IMG/VR virus record: IMGVR_UViG_3300039313_000002
DNA length: 7,721 nt
Direction: 5' to 3' (one strand)
Source of the DNA: a virus
Lineage: Duplodnaviria; Heunggongvirae; Uroviricota; Caudoviricetes
Made by a program: the position numbers and the translations under genes. The stretch's first letter is position 1; the number at the start of each line of letters is the position of its first letter. Positions 6,388-7,721 of the stretch are shown here, one piece after another. The notes beneath the pieces are model-generated. The model did no database searches. It was not told the DNA's origin and worked only from the letters and a program-made list of their open reading frames with translations.

Positions 6388-7566
6388 TTAAGTCTGAGCC
6401 TCACTCTCTTGGCCATAAGTGGCTTGCCAGTATCTCGCCGTAGGGTTCATTAGAATGTGCAATACAAGCCACCATGCAAAAATGCAGGGAGGTTGATTGT
6501 AGTAACCGGCAGGCACATATCCGTGAGCTAGTTGATTTCGTAAATCACCATAGATTTTATCTACCAGTAAGGCCTGAAGATTGCCAATTATGTCTACGCC
6601 GAAAGCTTCAATAATCAGTGGATTATCTAGTAATCCCTTGAGTCCATTTCGCTCTTGCGAACCGTCCCCGTGAAGCTGCGATGGTTCCTCACCTTTAATT
6701 TTAGCCACATATCTCAGACTATTTTCGAGCTGGGGAATCAACACGTGGCATGCCGTCATAAAATCTCCATTGAAACCGCAAACCATACCCTTGATGAAAA
6801 ACTCTTCATGCCCAAACGGGATGAAGGGATGATTGATGAACATATCGCGAAAAAACGCCTCCGAGATTGGATATTTCATTGTGATCTCATCTGTAGCAGG
6901 AATAATTTGCCCAGCTACTGCCAACTCATGGTCGATACGCATTCTCGTCATCATTATGGGCCAAATAACTGCCCCATTTGCATCATCAATCCCCAATCCT
7001 GCGGGTATGCGAGCAAGTGTCATTCCCTCATGATCAATATGTGTTGATCCAAACATCCAAGCTATGCTGTTGGCCTTTTGTTCTATTGCTTGAGCCTTAA
7101 GTCTCTCAATGCTGGTTGGCCGACAGACCAGCATCGCAAGTCTGAAAACCATATCAAACAAATCTCTTCCGACTACCCGACTCTTGGCTTGATGGACAAT
7201 CTCACTAATATCTTGAGGGGGAGACTGAAGGATAGACATCTGGTGACGGGATTCGATTTGGTAATCACGCATTTCTTCATACAGCGCAAGACGTTCTATT
7301 CGGGTTCCTGGAATATTAGCCAGTGCTTCAATAGCATTCTGCATGCAGGCTGCCGAAATCATACCGCCATCTTGGAATTTTGACTCTTCCAGATGTGTAT
7401 CGGCAAGAAGCCGCCAGAATTCAAACTGTGTATCTCTGTCACAGCACCTATTCGCAATCGGGATTGCGGTTTTACAGGCATCGACGGCAAATGAAAATAA
7501 TTTTTGAGCCAGATAGTTTTTTGTCAGAAACAGGAGTTCCTGGGCAATAAAAGATGGCTCACTCAC
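6388..7566 (-). CDS. Hypothetical 392-aa protein with C-terminal R-x4-H (HEPN-like) motif; candidate abortive-infection / defence or toxin cargo (moron)
   Basis: Long uninterrupted minus-strand ORF convergent with the phage rightward operon. First in-frame start is GTG at 7566 with no obvious SD; the next ATG is at codon 69, so the start is uncertain. Motif LRNQLAHG at residues 342-349 (plus 6523-6540) matches the RNxxxH signature of HEPN-type RNases; a second R-x4-H (RMRIDH) lies at residues 208-213. All three minus frames hit stops within 7690-7721, so the gene does not extend out of the window. Confidence 0.7.
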   Translation of the reverse strand: MSEPSFIAQELLFLTKNYLAQKLFSFAVDACKTAIPIANRCCDRDTQFEFWRLLADTHLEESKFQDGGMISAACMQNAIEALANIPGTRIERLALYEEMRDYQIESRHQMSILQSPPQDISEIVHQAKSRVVGRDLFDMVFRLAMLVCRPTSIERLKAQAIEQKANSIAWMFGSTHIDHEGMTLARIPAGLGIDDANGAVIWPIMMTRMRIDHELAVAGQIIPATDEITMKYPISEAFFRDMFINHPFIPFGHEEFFIKGMVCGFNGDFMTACHVLIPQLENSLRYVAKIKGEEPSQLHGDGSQERNGLKGLLDNPLIIEAFGVDIIGNLQALLVDKIYGDLRNQLAHGYVPAGYYNQPPCIFAWWLVLHILMNPTARYWQATYGQESEAQT

Positions 7567-7721
7567 TTTACAGTCGATATCGAGTTGCAGGAGTCGCAGC
7601 GGATAAGGTGAATCGCCTTGTTCTCTGGTACGTTCATACTCTGCTAGGGAAGGTGCGAATAAGCGGGGAAATTCTTCTCGGCTGACTCAGTCATTTCATT
7701 TCTTCATGTTTGAGCCGATTT

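Noticed and set aside
6655-7383. Plus-strand ORFs 6655..7047, 6833..7033, 7078..7383
   Set aside because: Antisense to the uninterrupted 392-codon minus ORF; irregular His/Cys-rich translations.
1-7721. Scan for CRISPR arrays, tRNA/rRNA genes, IS elements and terminal inverted repeats
   Set aside because: No spaced identical repeats, no tRNA-like cloverleaf candidates, and no transposase-like ORF or terminal inverted repeats were seen by eye; the only repeats are the iterons and operators. A computational scan (tRNAscan-SE, CRISPR finders) was not possible here.

Overview
This window looks like the immunity and early-gene region of a lambdoid (Rac/Qin-like) enterobacterial prophage; all calls are from reading the sequence and the ORF track, with no database search run. 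A leftward early operon (minus strand, 3393 down to 1) carries tightly coupled small genes and the N-terminal 568 codons of a large RecE-like protein that continues past position 1. A DicA/CI-like repressor (3562-3969, minus) is flanked by an identical 18-bp palindrome, TGTTAGA-N4-TCTAACA, at 3508-3525 and 4019-4036. A rightward operon encodes a Cro-like DicC/YdaS protein, a YdaT-family protein and an O-like replication initiator with five ~23-bp iterons plus an A-rich 12-bp-periodic tract inside its coding sequence. No helicase-loader gene follows; instead there is an unknown 133-aa protein and a convergent 392-aa gene with an R-x4-H (HEPN-like) motif, which is the best candidate here for an uncharacterised prophage-borne defence or toxin cargo. 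No tRNA, rRNA, CRISPR array or IS element was seen.
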